A stretch of 62,319 nucleotides of DNA from Minisyncoccota bacterium (GTDB lineage: Bacteria > Patescibacteriota > Minisyncoccia > Phycocordibacterales > UBA9973): NCBI GenBank assembly GCA_035510575.1, contig DATKGV010000006.1:1-62319 (forward strand), given 5' to 3'. A model generated the notes under the pieces. The model did not search any database and had not been told where the DNA came from. It worked only from the letters and a program-made list of their open reading frames with translations. Shown one piece after another: positions 43,476 through 52,843 of this stretch. A program made the position numbers and the translations under genes. Position 1 is the stretch's first letter; every line of letters starts with the position of its first letter.

Positions 43476-44088
43476 ATGGAAGCACAAAAGAAAATCTGTC
43501 AGAATTGCAAAAACGGCTTTATAATTGAGCCAGATGATTTTTCTTTTTATGAGAAGATGGAAGTAAATATACCTAAACTATGTCCTAATTGCAGAGCAAT
43601 TTTGCGTTTAAGTTTTCGCAATGAAAGAGTATTTTATAAACGTAAATGTGATAAATGCGGTACAGATGTAGTATCAATGTATTCACCAAACAAACCATTT
43701 ACTGTGTGGTGCTATGATTGCTGGTTTTCTGATGATTGGGGAGGAGAAGATTTTGACTTAGATTATAATCCTGATCAACCATTCTTTAAACAATTTGAAA
43801 AGTTATGGAAATCTGTTCCAAAAGTTGCCCTCATATATGTACGTAGTCCAGGAAGTGATTATACAAATATCGCTGCGGATACCTATACCGACAGAATGTT
43901 TCTTTTGCAGGCATTTAGAACGTGAAAATATGCGTGGCGGATATGATTTAATTAATAGAAAATGCGACTGTTCACAAGAAAACCATGAGCATAAAGGTCA
44001 GTGTCAGAATACATTTGAAACCTTTTTTACCCAAAAAGAACCCAGACCAATTTATTGTGAAGAATGCTACCAAAAAGAGGTTTATTAA
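43476..44088 (+). pseudogene. Collapsed paralog of the 34555-36261 zinc-ribbon gene (internal deletion plus frameshift)
   Basis: ORF 43476-43925 matches the first ~140 aa of the 568-aa protein (ICQNCKNGFIIEPDDFSFYEK...). Frame +1 ORF 43795-44088 matches its last ~60 aa (...IYCEECYQKEVY). The junction is near 43870-43890. Confidence 0.65.
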
Positions 44089-44143
44089 TAAGGTTAAAAA
44101 GGAAAACCTTAAGAATTAAGGTATTTTGTGGTATAATAGCAAC

Positions 44144-44902
44144 ATGAAAAAGCTGATAGTTGCTAATTGGAAAATGAATCCGCAATCACAAAAAGAGGCG
44201 GAAATTGTTTTTAATGGCATCGTTAAAATCGCAAAAAGTTCCAGAAATATTGATATTATAGTTTGTCCGCCATTCCCATTCTTGTCAATTGGAAAGAAAA
44301 TAAAAATAAAAATAAAAAATCTTATGCTTGGCGCGCAAAATGCTTCTGAAGAAGCAGAGGGCGCGTATACTGGCGAGGTTTCTCCGAAGATGCTTGCCGG
44401 ACTTGGCGTGAAGTATGTGATCGTGGGACATTCAGAAAGACGAGCTCTGGGCGAGACAGATCAAACAATAAATAAGAAAATAATAAATGCGCTTAAATCA
44501 AAAATTTCACCGATACTCTGCATAGGAGAAAGTATCCGCGATGCAGGCGGCGATTATCTTTCCTTCATCAAGCAAGAACTTCATGAATGCTTGAAATCGA
44601 TTCCTAAGGCCCAGATAAGTAATATTGTTGTTGCCTATGAACCGATATGGGCTATCGGCGAAAATGCAAATCGCGAAGCAACACCCGAAGAATTTACAGA
44701 AGCGCGAATCCTTATCAGAAAAATAATTTCTGATCTTTATGATTCAAAAACCGCTCATTCGGTAATGATACTTTACGGCGGTTCAGTTCATGAAGATAAC
44801 GCAAAAGAGTTTATGTTAAACGGCGGAGCGGACGGATTGCTTGTCGGCCGAGACAGTTTATCTCCGAAAAAATTCGCCTTAATAATAAATGCCGCCAAAT
44901 AA
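44144..44902 (+). CDS. tpiA: Triosephosphate isomerase
   Basis: MKKLIVANWKMN, VGHSERR, AYEPIWAIG. TGGTATAAT (44129-44137) lies 6 nt upstream of the ATG. Confidence 0.9.
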   Translation: MKKLIVANWKMNPQSQKEAEIVFNGIVKIAKSSRNIDIIVCPPFPFLSIGKKIKIKIKNLMLGAQNASEEAEGAYTGEVSPKMLAGLGVKYVIVGHSERRALGETDQTINKKIINALKSKISPILCIGESIRDAGGDYLSFIKQELHECLKSIPKAQISNIVVAYEPIWAIGENANREATPEEFTEARILIRKIISDLYDSKTAHSVMILYGGSVHEDNAKEFMLNGGADGLLVGRDSLSPKKFALIINAAK

Positions 44903-44903
44903 T

Positions 44904-46061
44904 ATGAAATCAATAAAAGAAATCGGCAATATTTCCGGCAAGCGAATACTCGTGCGCGTCGATTTTAATGTGCCGATGAAACCTGCCCGCCCTCACGAAG
45001 GTTCGGGAGCAGGCGGGGATGGAAAAATCATCGATGATTTTCGAATAAGAAAATCTCTTCCAACTATTGATTATCTGCATAAAAAAGGCGCCATCATTAT
45101 TTTGCTTTCTCATTTGGGCGAAGACGGCAAAGAAAGCTTGGCGCCAGTGGCCTTAAGGCTTAAAAAATACATACCAAAAGTTAATTTTATAAAAACGGCT
45201 ATATTCTCGGATGAAACCGAAAAAATTATAAGCGATTTGAAAAAAGGCGATATCATCCTATTGGAAAATTTGCGCCGCGAACCCGTTGAAAAGAATAATT
45301 CCCCGTCATTTGCCCGCGCCCTCTCGCGATACGGCGAGATTTATGTCAATGAGGCCTTTTCTGTGTCTCATCGAGTGCATGCTTCAATCGTCGGCATTAC
45401 GAAATATTTGCCGGGTTTCGCAGGATTGCAGTTTATGGAAGAAATCAAAAATTTATCCCGCGCTTTTGATCCTGAACATCCGTTTCTATTCATATTAGGC
45501 GGAGCCAAATTTGAGACGAAAATTCCATTAATCAAGAAATTTCTTCGCGATGCAGATTTTGTTTTTGTATCCGGAGCGCTGGCGAATGATTTCTTTAAAG
45601 CCAAAGGTTATGAAGTTGGCGTTTCTCTTGTAGATAATGCCAATTTCCAAATTGCATCTCTATTGAAGCGCAAGAATTTGCTGCTGCCGATAGATGCTGA
45701 AGTTATTAAAGGATCCAAGCGTCGTTTTGTTGAACCAAACAAGGTTGATAAGGATGAAAATATCGTTGATGTAGGCCCAAGAACCGTAGAAATGCTCAAA
45801 GGACTGATTGAAAAATCAAAATTTATTCTTTGGAATGGACCGCTTGGTAAATATGAATCAGGTTTTGGCGGAGCAACTGAACAAGTGCTTAAAATGGTTT
45901 CAAAATCAAAAGCATACAGCATTATCGGCGGGGGTGATACCGTAGCCCTTGTTTCAAAACTGAAACTTGAGAATAATTTCGGTTTTGTTTCTACTGGCGG
46001 AGGAGCAACTCTCGATTTCTTGGCCAAAGGCACTTTGCCGGGAATTAAGGCGTTGAAATAA
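44904..46061 (+). CDS. pgk: Phosphoglycerate kinase
   Basis: KRILVRVDFNVP, SHLG, STGGGA(T)LDFL. It has an insert (PARPHEGSGAGGDGK) after the DFNVP motif. Confidence 0.9.
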   Translation: MKSIKEIGNISGKRILVRVDFNVPMKPARPHEGSGAGGDGKIIDDFRIRKSLPTIDYLHKKGAIIILLSHLGEDGKESLAPVALRLKKYIPKVNFIKTAIFSDETEKIISDLKKGDIILLENLRREPVEKNNSPSFARALSRYGEIYVNEAFSVSHRVHASIVGITKYLPGFAGLQFMEEIKNLSRAFDPEHPFLFILGGAKFETKIPLIKKFLRDADFVFVSGALANDFFKAKGYEVGVSLVDNANFQIASLLKRKNLLLPIDAEVIKGSKRRFVEPNKVDKDENIVDVGPRTVEMLKGLIEKSKFILWNGPLGKYESGFGGATEQVLKMVSKSKAYSIIGGGDTVALVSKLKLENNFGFVSTGGGATLDFLAKGTLPGIKALK

Positions 46062-46063
46062 TT

Positions 46064-46459
46064 TTAAATTGCCTTAATTATTTTATTTATTGTTTTTTCA
46101 GCTTCTAATTCTTTATATTCTCTTGTTGGTAAATTTTTAAAATTATCTCCATTATATCTTGGTATTAAATGTATATGAAAATGGGGGATTTCATTGCCTA
46201 CAATTCCTACTTGGACATAATCGCATTTCAGCCCCTTTTTAAGTGCGAGCATCATTTTCTTTGTGAGCTTGAATATCTCTTCAATTGTCTTATCGTCTGC
46301 TTCTTGCATCCAAGCAAAATGTTTTTTGGGTATTATTAAAAGATGCCCATGGTTTACTGGCTTTATATCAAGAAAAACTAAGAAGCTCTTATTCTCATAA
46401 ATTTTATGGCAAGGAATTTCTCCTTTTGCAATTTTGCAGAAAATACAATTATTATTCAT
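46064..46459 (-). CDS. HIT-family nucleotide hydrolase/transferase
   Basis: CIFCKI...HFHIHLIPR histidine triad. Confidence 0.85.
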   Translation of the reverse strand: MNNNCIFCKIAKGEIPCHKIYENKSFLVFLDIKPVNHGHLLIIPKKHFAWMQEADDKTIEEIFKLTKKMMLALKKGLKCDYVQVGIVGNEIPHFHIHLIPRYNGDNFKNLPTREYKELEAEKTINKIIKAI

Positions 46460-46487
46460 GCACCTATTATATGGTACAATCGTCTAT

Positions 46488-48179
46488 ATGCCAAATCATG
46501 TTGAATTACTTGAACTTCTTTTGAAGAATCGCGGAATTTTGCCGGAAAATAAAGAACGATTTTTAAATCCATCATATGAAAATGATCTTTATGACCCATA
46601 TCTTTTGAAAGATATGGAGAAAGCCGTTGTGAGAATTTTTGAGAGCATTGAAGCCAAAGAAAAAATAGTTATTTATAGCGATTATGATTGCGATGGCATA
46701 CCTGCAGCAGTTATTATGAATGATTTTCTGAAGAAGATTAATTATGAAAATTTTATAGTATACATTCCTGACCGTCATGATGAAGGGTATGGACTGCACA
46801 TGGACGCTATAGAGCAATTCATAAAAGATGAAGTAAAACTTTTGATTACTTTTGATCTTGGAATTACAGCCATAGATGAAGTCGCACAAGCACAGGCCTG
46901 TGGCATGGATGTGATTATTACTGATCATCATTTGGCCCGCCTGCTCCCGAACATTCGTGAGGGTGGGCAGGTTCAAGAAAATATTCCTAAAGCTTTTGCC
47001 ATAATTAATCCGAAGCAAAATGGATGTATTTATCCAGATAAGATGTTATGCGGCGCTTCGCTTGCGTTCAAACTAGTCCAAGCATTGATAAAAAAATACG
47101 GAGAATATTGGAAAATACAAAATGGCTGGGAAAAGTGGTTGCTTGATATGGCCGGCATTGCCACACTTTCTGATCAAGTTCCACTTATAGATGAGAACAG
47201 AGTGCTAGCTTACTATGGACTGAAAGTTTTGCAGAAAACGCGCCGGCCCGGGCTTGCGGAACTCTTTAATAAAGCTGGTGTGGATGTTTCAAAATTGAAC
47301 GAAGAAGATGTGACTTTTACTTTAGCGCCAAGATTAAATGCTGCAAGCCGAATGGATTCGCCTATGCGGGCCTTTGAAGTTCTTGCAACTACTGATGCAA
47401 AAGAAGCGAAAACTTTAGCGGATCATCTTCTTAAGATAAATGATGAACGTAAATATATCGTGGCTCATATTATGAAAGAAGTAAAAGGAATTATGAATAA
47501 AAGAGAAGAAAAGCCGATAATAGTTATAGGCAATCCTAATTGGCGCGTGGGGGTCTTGGGGCTGATTGCTTCAAAAGTTGCTGAAGAATATAAAAAGCCG
47601 GCCTTTGTCTGGGGCAAAGAAGGTTCTGATATTATTCGCGGATCATGTCGCTCATGGGGAAATATTAATCTTGTAAATACAATGTTATCATTGCCGGAAA
47701 AAAGTTTACTTGAATTCGGCGGGCATGTCAGCGCTGGCGGGTTTGCTGTGGCTCATGAAGAAATACATTTTCTTGAAGAACGATTATTAAAAGTTTTTGC
47801 TGAAAATTCTGTAGAAGAAAAAATTGAAGAGGAGCGTATGATTGATGCAACAATTACAATCAATGATGTAAATAATGATAATTATAATGTCATAGAAAAA
47901 TTGGCGCCGTTTGGAGTAGGAAATCCAAAGCCGACTTTTCTGTTGAAAAAGGCGCTAATTATAAATGTAAAAGAATTCGGCAAAGACAAAAATCATTTAG
48001 AATTAACTTTCTTGAATAGTAAAAATAAACCGGTTAAAGCTATTACATTTTTTAAGACGCGCGAAAGTTTTAATACCAAAATTAATGCGGGAGATATCAT
48101 AGATTTTATAGCCACTTTTGAAAAAAGTTATTTCGGCGGCCGCACTGAGCTAAGATTAAGAATTGTTGATATTTTATAA
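46488..48179 (+). CDS. recJ: Single-stranded-DNA-specific exonuclease RecJ
   Basis: DYDCDGI, ITDHH, GGH..A.G (DHH/DHHA1). TGGTACAAT lies 7 nt upstream of ATG 46488. The tracked start 46434 overlaps the divergent HIT gene. Confidence 0.85.
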   Translation: MPNHVELLELLLKNRGILPENKERFLNPSYENDLYDPYLLKDMEKAVVRIFESIEAKEKIVIYSDYDCDGIPAAVIMNDFLKKINYENFIVYIPDRHDEGYGLHMDAIEQFIKDEVKLLITFDLGITAIDEVAQAQACGMDVIITDHHLARLLPNIREGGQVQENIPKAFAIINPKQNGCIYPDKMLCGASLAFKLVQALIKKYGEYWKIQNGWEKWLLDMAGIATLSDQVPLIDENRVLAYYGLKVLQKTRRPGLAELFNKAGVDVSKLNEEDVTFTLAPRLNAASRMDSPMRAFEVLATTDAKEAKTLADHLLKINDERKYIVAHIMKEVKGIMNKREEKPIIVIGNPNWRVGVLGLIASKVAEEYKKPAFVWGKEGSDIIRGSCRSWGNINLVNTMLSLPEKSLLEFGGHVSAGGFAVAHEEIHFLEERLLKVFAENSVEEKIEEERMIDATITINDVNNDNYNVIEKLAPFGVGNPKPTFLLKKALIINVKEFGKDKNHLELTFLNSKNKPVKAITFFKTRESFNTKINAGDIIDFIATFEKSYFGGRTELRLRIVDIL

Positions 48180-48497
48180 TCTGCGGAAGCAAGGCTTCCG
48201 CAAACTTGGCTTCCGCAAGCTTCATAAACTCTTTATTTGATATATATACAAGATATGATAGTTTTTGTTTCTTTATAAAATTTATACTCAATTCATACGA
48301 TCGTGATAAATGAGTATAAGGTTATAAAAACCCATATAAATTAAGCACAAGTTTGACCTTGACAAAATGATAATTTGTGTGATACAACACAGAAGAATAA
48401 AGGTTGTTCTACTTCCTATTAGTAGATATAGCGAGAAAGGAGAAACTCGCAGAATGGCAAAGGCAAAAAAATAATCTTAAATTTAATACATTAAAAA

Positions 48498-49064
48498 ATG
48501 AATACGTTTGCAAAAGCTGGAAGAATCGCGTTATCGCATCTCTTTACAAAAAAAGAACTCTTTACAACTACACGTTACGAAGAAATGGGAATGGTAACTG
48601 TATTTCCAAGAGAAGTAGCTATGTCCAAATATCCTATTGACCTTGAGGAAGAATATTTAGGTCATATGGTTGGCACACTAGGAAGAGAAAAGAATTACAA
48701 AATATTTTTCTGGAGTGTAGAGATGGGCTTAACTGAAATCTTACTTGTTTCTGGTGAAAACGAAGGCAAATTATCAGATTTACTTTGTAGGTTTGCTGAG
48801 GGGACAATTACTCACATAGTGATTGCAGAAAAGTATGAATGGGATAGCTCTTCTCGTGTAGAGTGGGAATTAAGAAAAAATAAGGAAAACTCAAATGCTA
48901 TCAACCAATGTGTAATAGAGAAGGTTAGTGTTTACTCTATGACAGAAGAACAGAAGCGGTATATAACTGGTCGTATTCACAATGAGGAATTAGATCAATT
49001 TGAGAGTGAAGAAGAATTTACTTTCAATCATGGTTATTTTTCAGAAAGATTAGTTAAAAAATAA
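48498..49064 (+). CDS. Hypothetical protein (188 aa)
   Basis: ORF followed by the terminator hairpin aaacccttagatag...ctatctaagggttt. No motif recognised, and the start is uncertain. Confidence 0.45.
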   Translation: MNTFAKAGRIALSHLFTKKELFTTTRYEEMGMVTVFPREVAMSKYPIDLEEEYLGHMVGTLGREKNYKIFFWSVEMGLTEILLVSGENEGKLSDLLCRFAEGTITHIVIAEKYEWDSSSRVEWELRKNKENSNAINQCVIEKVSVYSMTEEQKRYITGRIHNEELDQFESEEEFTFNHGYFSERLVKK

Positions 49065-49126
49065 ACCCTTAGATAGAAAACTCTATCTAAGGGTTTTCTA
49101 TTTATAAATTTGATATAATATAAACT

Positions 49127-49594
49127 ATGAACAAAGTTGTTGAAATATATACTGATGGATCGTCATTGGGGAATCCGGGGCCGGGCGGATGGGGAACAGT
49201 AATTACGATTGACGGCAAAGTTACGGATGAATTTGGCGGACACGAAAAAAATACGACGAATAATAAAATGGAGCTTAAAGGCGTAATTGAGGCCTTGAAG
49301 CATATAAATAAAAATCATAAAAATACAGAAGTTATAATTCATGCTGATTCGGCTTATGTCTTGGGAGGTGTAACAACTTGGATACATAACTGGGAGAAGA
49401 ATGGTTGGAGAACTGCAAATAAAAAGCCAGTTCTTAATAAGGACTTATGGCAAGAATTAATTGCACTCGTGAGATCATTTGACGGTAAACTGACTTTTCA
49501 GAAAGTTAAAAGCCATTCTGGTATACTTCATAATGAGCGAGCTGATGAGATTGCGACTTCTTGTTCATCTCTCCAGAAAAAACATATTTTGTAA
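49127..49594 (+). CDS. rnhA: Ribonuclease HI
   Basis: IYTDGSSLGNPGPGGWG...NNKMEL...HSG...NERADE. Confidence 0.9.
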   Translation: MNKVVEIYTDGSSLGNPGPGGWGTVITIDGKVTDEFGGHEKNTTNNKMELKGVIEALKHINKNHKNTEVIIHADSAYVLGGVTTWIHNWEKNGWRTANKKPVLNKDLWQELIALVRSFDGKLTFQKVKSHSGILHNERADEIATSCSSLQKKHIL

Positions 49595-49595
49595 A

Positions 49596-49691
49596 AAATT
49601 AAATCAAATAAAGTCCTATGAACAATGGTCTGGCTCCTTGTCCTCCCTCATCCGAGGACCTTGTGAAGAGGAGCTTTATTTGATTTAATTT
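49596..49691. other. 96-nt element closed by a perfect 18-bp AT-rich stem
   Basis: aaattaaatcaaataaag (49596-49613) pairs with ctttatttgatttaattt (49674-49691). There is an inner gtcctc/gaggac hairpin. It fills the whole rnhA-comEC spacer. Confidence 0.6.
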
Positions 49692-49699
49692 AAAATAAG

Positions 49700-50992
49700 A
49701 TGTCCAAAAAAGAAATTCTTATAATTATTATTTTGATAGCGATCGCAATTGTGCGATTTTTCTTTTTCTTGCCTAAACCGCCGGATTATAAAAATGCCAT
49801 AGGAAAACAAGTGGATGTAGAAGGCATAATTGTAAATACTCCTGACATAAGATTAAATAATCAGCGCCTCACTCTTAATCCGACTGATCAAGAATCAAAT
49901 ATTTTAATAGTTGCTCCGCTTGATATCAAGATTTCATATGGCGATAAAATTAAAGCGAGCGGAATACTTGAAACGCCGGAAAATTTTATGACGACAGCCG
50001 GCAAGGAATTCGATTATGAAAAATATCTGGCAAATCAAGATATTTATTTTGTCATTAAGAATGCTGAAGTGGAAGTAATATCACACAATAATGGAAGCGC
50101 GTTAAAATCATGGCTTTATAATCTTCGCAATTCATTTATGAAAAATATCGGGCAAGTTATCACATCACCTGAGAGCGATTTAGCTGACGGGCTAGTGCTT
50201 GGCGCGCGCGGCGGATTTGATAATGATATGAAGAATGAATTTATTTCTACCGGCACGATTAATATTATTGTGCTCTCTGGCTACAATGTGACAATTGTCG
50301 CTGAAGGAGTCATGAAAGTTCTTGGCTTGTTGCTTTCGCAAACAATTTCAATAATATTTGGCATAATTGTTGTCATTTTATTTATCGTCATGTCCGGATC
50401 ATCTTCCACGGCCATTCGCGCGGGCATTATGGCAGTCATTGCGCTTTTCGCTCGGATGACTGGGCGAACTTATGACGCAGGGCGAGCACTTGTGATTGCC
50501 GGATTTGTCATGATTGCTTATGATCCAAGAGTACTCACTGACATATCTTTCCAGCTTTCATTTTTGGCAACTGGCGGAGTTTTATTTATAACGCCGAAAG
50601 TCATACATTGGGTCAGATTCTTGCCAATGCGTTTCAAATTGCGCGAACTTGTGGCGACAACGCTTGGCGCGACAATTGCCGTACTGCCAATACTTCTTTA
50701 CGCGACTGGCATACTTTCAATAGTGTCGCTTCCAGCTAATATTTTAATTTTGCCTTTAATTCCTTTGACAATGCTGTTTATTTTTATTACAGGATTGATT
50801 GTTTTTATTTCGCCAATTATCGCTTTGCCGTTTGCCTATATTACTCATTTATTACTGCTGTATATTCTTTCTATAATTAATTTCTTCGCTTCGCTTCCAT
50901 TTGCAAGCGTCACAATCCAATCATTTCCTTTGATTATCACAATTTTGATTTATGGATTTCTGGCTTGGTGGGTATTTAGAAAGAATTCTTAA
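49700..50992 (+). CDS. comEC: ComEC/Rec2 membrane channel portion (DUF4131 plus Competence domains) without the MBL domain
   Basis: N-terminal OB-like region followed by ~9 TM helices with the typical ...LVLGARGGF...FISTGTINIIVLSGYNV... block. Confidence 0.7.
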   Translation: MSKKEILIIIILIAIAIVRFFFFLPKPPDYKNAIGKQVDVEGIIVNTPDIRLNNQRLTLNPTDQESNILIVAPLDIKISYGDKIKASGILETPENFMTTAGKEFDYEKYLANQDIYFVIKNAEVEVISHNNGSALKSWLYNLRNSFMKNIGQVITSPESDLADGLVLGARGGFDNDMKNEFISTGTINIIVLSGYNVTIVAEGVMKVLGLLLSQTISIIFGIIVVILFIVMSGSSSTAIRAGIMAVIALFARMTGRTYDAGRALVIAGFVMIAYDPRVLTDISFQLSFLATGGVLFITPKVIHWVRFLPMRFKLRELVATTLGATIAVLPILLYATGILSIVSLPANILILPLIPLTMLFIFITGLIVFISPIIALPFAYITHLLLLYILSIINFFASLPFASVTIQSFPLIITILIYGFLAWWVFRKNS

Positions 50993-51569
50993 AATTTTCT
51001 TCTATAATTTCCCAGTTTAAGTTTGCAAAGAATGCTTCTATATATTTTTTCTTCTCGCTTGTAGGATAATCATAGACATAAGCATGCTCCCACATATCAA
51101 GACAAAGAATGGGAGATGCTCCTACTAAATGTCCCAGATGTTGTTCATCAACCCAAGCATTAAAAAGATTGTTGGTTTCTTTATCATAGTAAAGCATAGC
51201 CCAGCCGACTCCGCGAGTTAAAGCCAAAGTTTTAAAATCTTCCAGCCAATTTTCAAAATTTCCACTATATTTCGCGATCGCGTATTTCAGTGGAGAATCA
51301 TCTTTTAATTGTTTTGCTTCACCTGATAGAGAAGAAAAATAAATTTCATGATTTCTCATTCCTCCCCATTCAAAAGAAAACCGACGATGAAGTTCACTTA
51401 ATATATATGCGTTGTCATTTCGATTTTCTTTATATTCTTTAATTTTGTTTAGTACTAAATTAGCATTTGTTACATATCCTTTATATAATTTCAAATGCTC
51501 TTCAATATTTTTCTCTCCAATTCCAGCTAACTTTGGAATTGAAAATGTTTTTGGTGTGAATGTTTCCAT
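50976..51569 (-). CDS. sodA: Fe/Mn superoxide dismutase family protein
   Basis: LDMWEHAYVYDY (DxWEHAYY motif), GWAMLYYD, NHEIYF. The N-terminal His motifs are divergent. Confidence 0.75.
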   Translation of the reverse strand: METFTPKTFSIPKLAGIGEKNIEEHLKLYKGYVTNANLVLNKIKEYKENRNDNAYILSELHRRFSFEWGGMRNHEIYFSSLSGEAKQLKDDSPLKYAIAKYSGNFENWLEDFKTLALTRGVGWAMLYYDKETNNLFNAWVDEQHLGHLVGASPILCLDMWEHAYVYDYPTSEKKKYIEAFFANLNWEIIEENFKNSF

Positions 51570-51581
51570 AATTTATTTTTC

Positions 51582-51669
51582 GTAAAACTTTCTTATAAAA
51601 AAGTCCTCGGATCTCCTCGCCAAATTCTTTTAGAAGCTCGGTCAGACATTTTTTCTAAGAAAGTTTTAC
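51582..51669. other. 88-nt element closed by a perfect 14-bp stem
   Basis: gtaaaactttctta (51582-51595) pairs with taagaaagttttac (51656-51669). The stem is extended by aaaaaagtc/gacatttttt. Confidence 0.55.
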
Positions 51670-51707
51670 TCCAATTAATTAATAAATGTTAATATACTAA
51701 GTATAGC

Positions 51708-52574
51708 ATGAAAAACTTTCGCCAATACCTGCCGCAAATCCTGATTATAATCCTTTTTATATCAGCTTTTTTTATTTGGTATTTTATTTATTTTCATCAG
51801 CATAATAATTATTTAAAAGTTGCATTTCTTGATGTCGGGCAAGGCGATTCCATCTATATTGAAGCTCCAAACGGCAAGCAGATGCTGATAGACGGCGGGC
51901 CTGACACGAAAGTTCTTTCGCGACTAGCGGAAGTTATGCCATTTGGCGATAGGTCTATTGATCTAATATTAGCCACTCATAATGATTCCGATCACATTGG
52001 AGGACTTCCTTATGTGTTAGATCATTATAAAGTTGGAAATATAATTGAAAATGGAGTAATAGGAACGACAAAAATTTATCAGAATCTTGATAATAAGATT
52101 AAAAACAATAATATTGGCGAGATTGTTGCCCGACGCGGAATGCACATAATTCTTGATCAAGAGAAAAATATTTATCTTGATATTTTATTCCCTGATCGTG
52201 ACGTTACGAGTTTTGATTCTAATGACGGATCGATAGTCGGCCGGCTAGTTTATGGCAATGAATCATTCATGCTGACAGGTGATGCGACAAAATATACGGA
52301 ATATTTAATTATGCATAATGAAAATTCATCCACGCTCCATGCGAATATCTTGAAGCTTGGACATCATGGTTCGAAATATTCTTCAGGTGAGTTATGGCTT
52401 GAAGCGGTGCATCCGGATATGGCTATTATTTCTGCAGGCAAAAATAATAGGTACGGCCATCCGAATCAAGAAGTTCTAGACCGACTAAACGCGCTTCATA
52501 TACCATATCTATCCACAATCAAAAAAGGCACTATCATCTTTGAGACTGATGGTGCAAAAATGCTTACTTTATGA
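51708..52574 (+). CDS. ComEC-type metallo-beta-lactamase domain protein with its own TM anchor
   Basis: VAFLDVGQGDSIYIE, ATHNDSDHIGG, LGHHGS, RYGHP. Confidence 0.75.
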   Translation: MKNFRQYLPQILIIILFISAFFIWYFIYFHQHNNYLKVAFLDVGQGDSIYIEAPNGKQMLIDGGPDTKVLSRLAEVMPFGDRSIDLILATHNDSDHIGGLPYVLDHYKVGNIIENGVIGTTKIYQNLDNKIKNNNIGEIVARRGMHIILDQEKNIYLDILFPDRDVTSFDSNDGSIVGRLVYGNESFMLTGDATKYTEYLIMHNENSSTLHANILKLGHHGSKYSSGELWLEAVHPDMAIISAGKNNRYGHPNQEVLDRLNALHIPYLSTIKKGTIIFETDGAKMLTL

Positions 52575-52809
52575 TTCCAGCTTTCTTTAGAACCGCATAA
52601 GCGCCATGCTTATTGATGGTCTTGATAGCTTGGGTTGAGATTGTAAGAGGAAAATATTTCTTAAGCTCGGGAACGTAAACACGCTTCTTTTGCATGTTGG
52701 GATATTTGCGGACTTTGCCGGTCGGATTGAACTTGGTGGCGCGGACAACATTGGAATAGCCGCCTCCGACAATTGAGCCCTTTTTAGTTATCACGCATAC
52801 TTTTGCCAT
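52564..52809 (-). CDS. rpmB: 50S ribosomal protein L28
   Basis: MAKVCVITKKG...GGYSNVVRATKF...RVYVPEL. Confidence 0.85.
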   Translation of the reverse strand: MAKVCVITKKGSIVGGGYSNVVRATKFNPTGKVRKYPNMQKKRVYVPELKKYFPLTISTQAIKTINKHGAYAVLKKAGIIK

Positions 52810-52843
52810 AGATGAGTGTTATGCTATCATATAGGGCGCACCT

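Noticed and set aside
48440-48470. Tiny uORF MAKAKK with an SD upstream of 48498-49064
   Set aside because: Six codons and no conservation evidence. It is probably a chance ATG in an A-rich leader.
49596-51669. Treating the two long hairpin elements as terminal inverted repeats of a transposon carrying comEC-N and sod
   Set aside because: Beyond a shared 10-mer (gtcctcggat, in opposite orientations) the two elements do not align, and there is no transposase. They are reported only as independent structured spacers.
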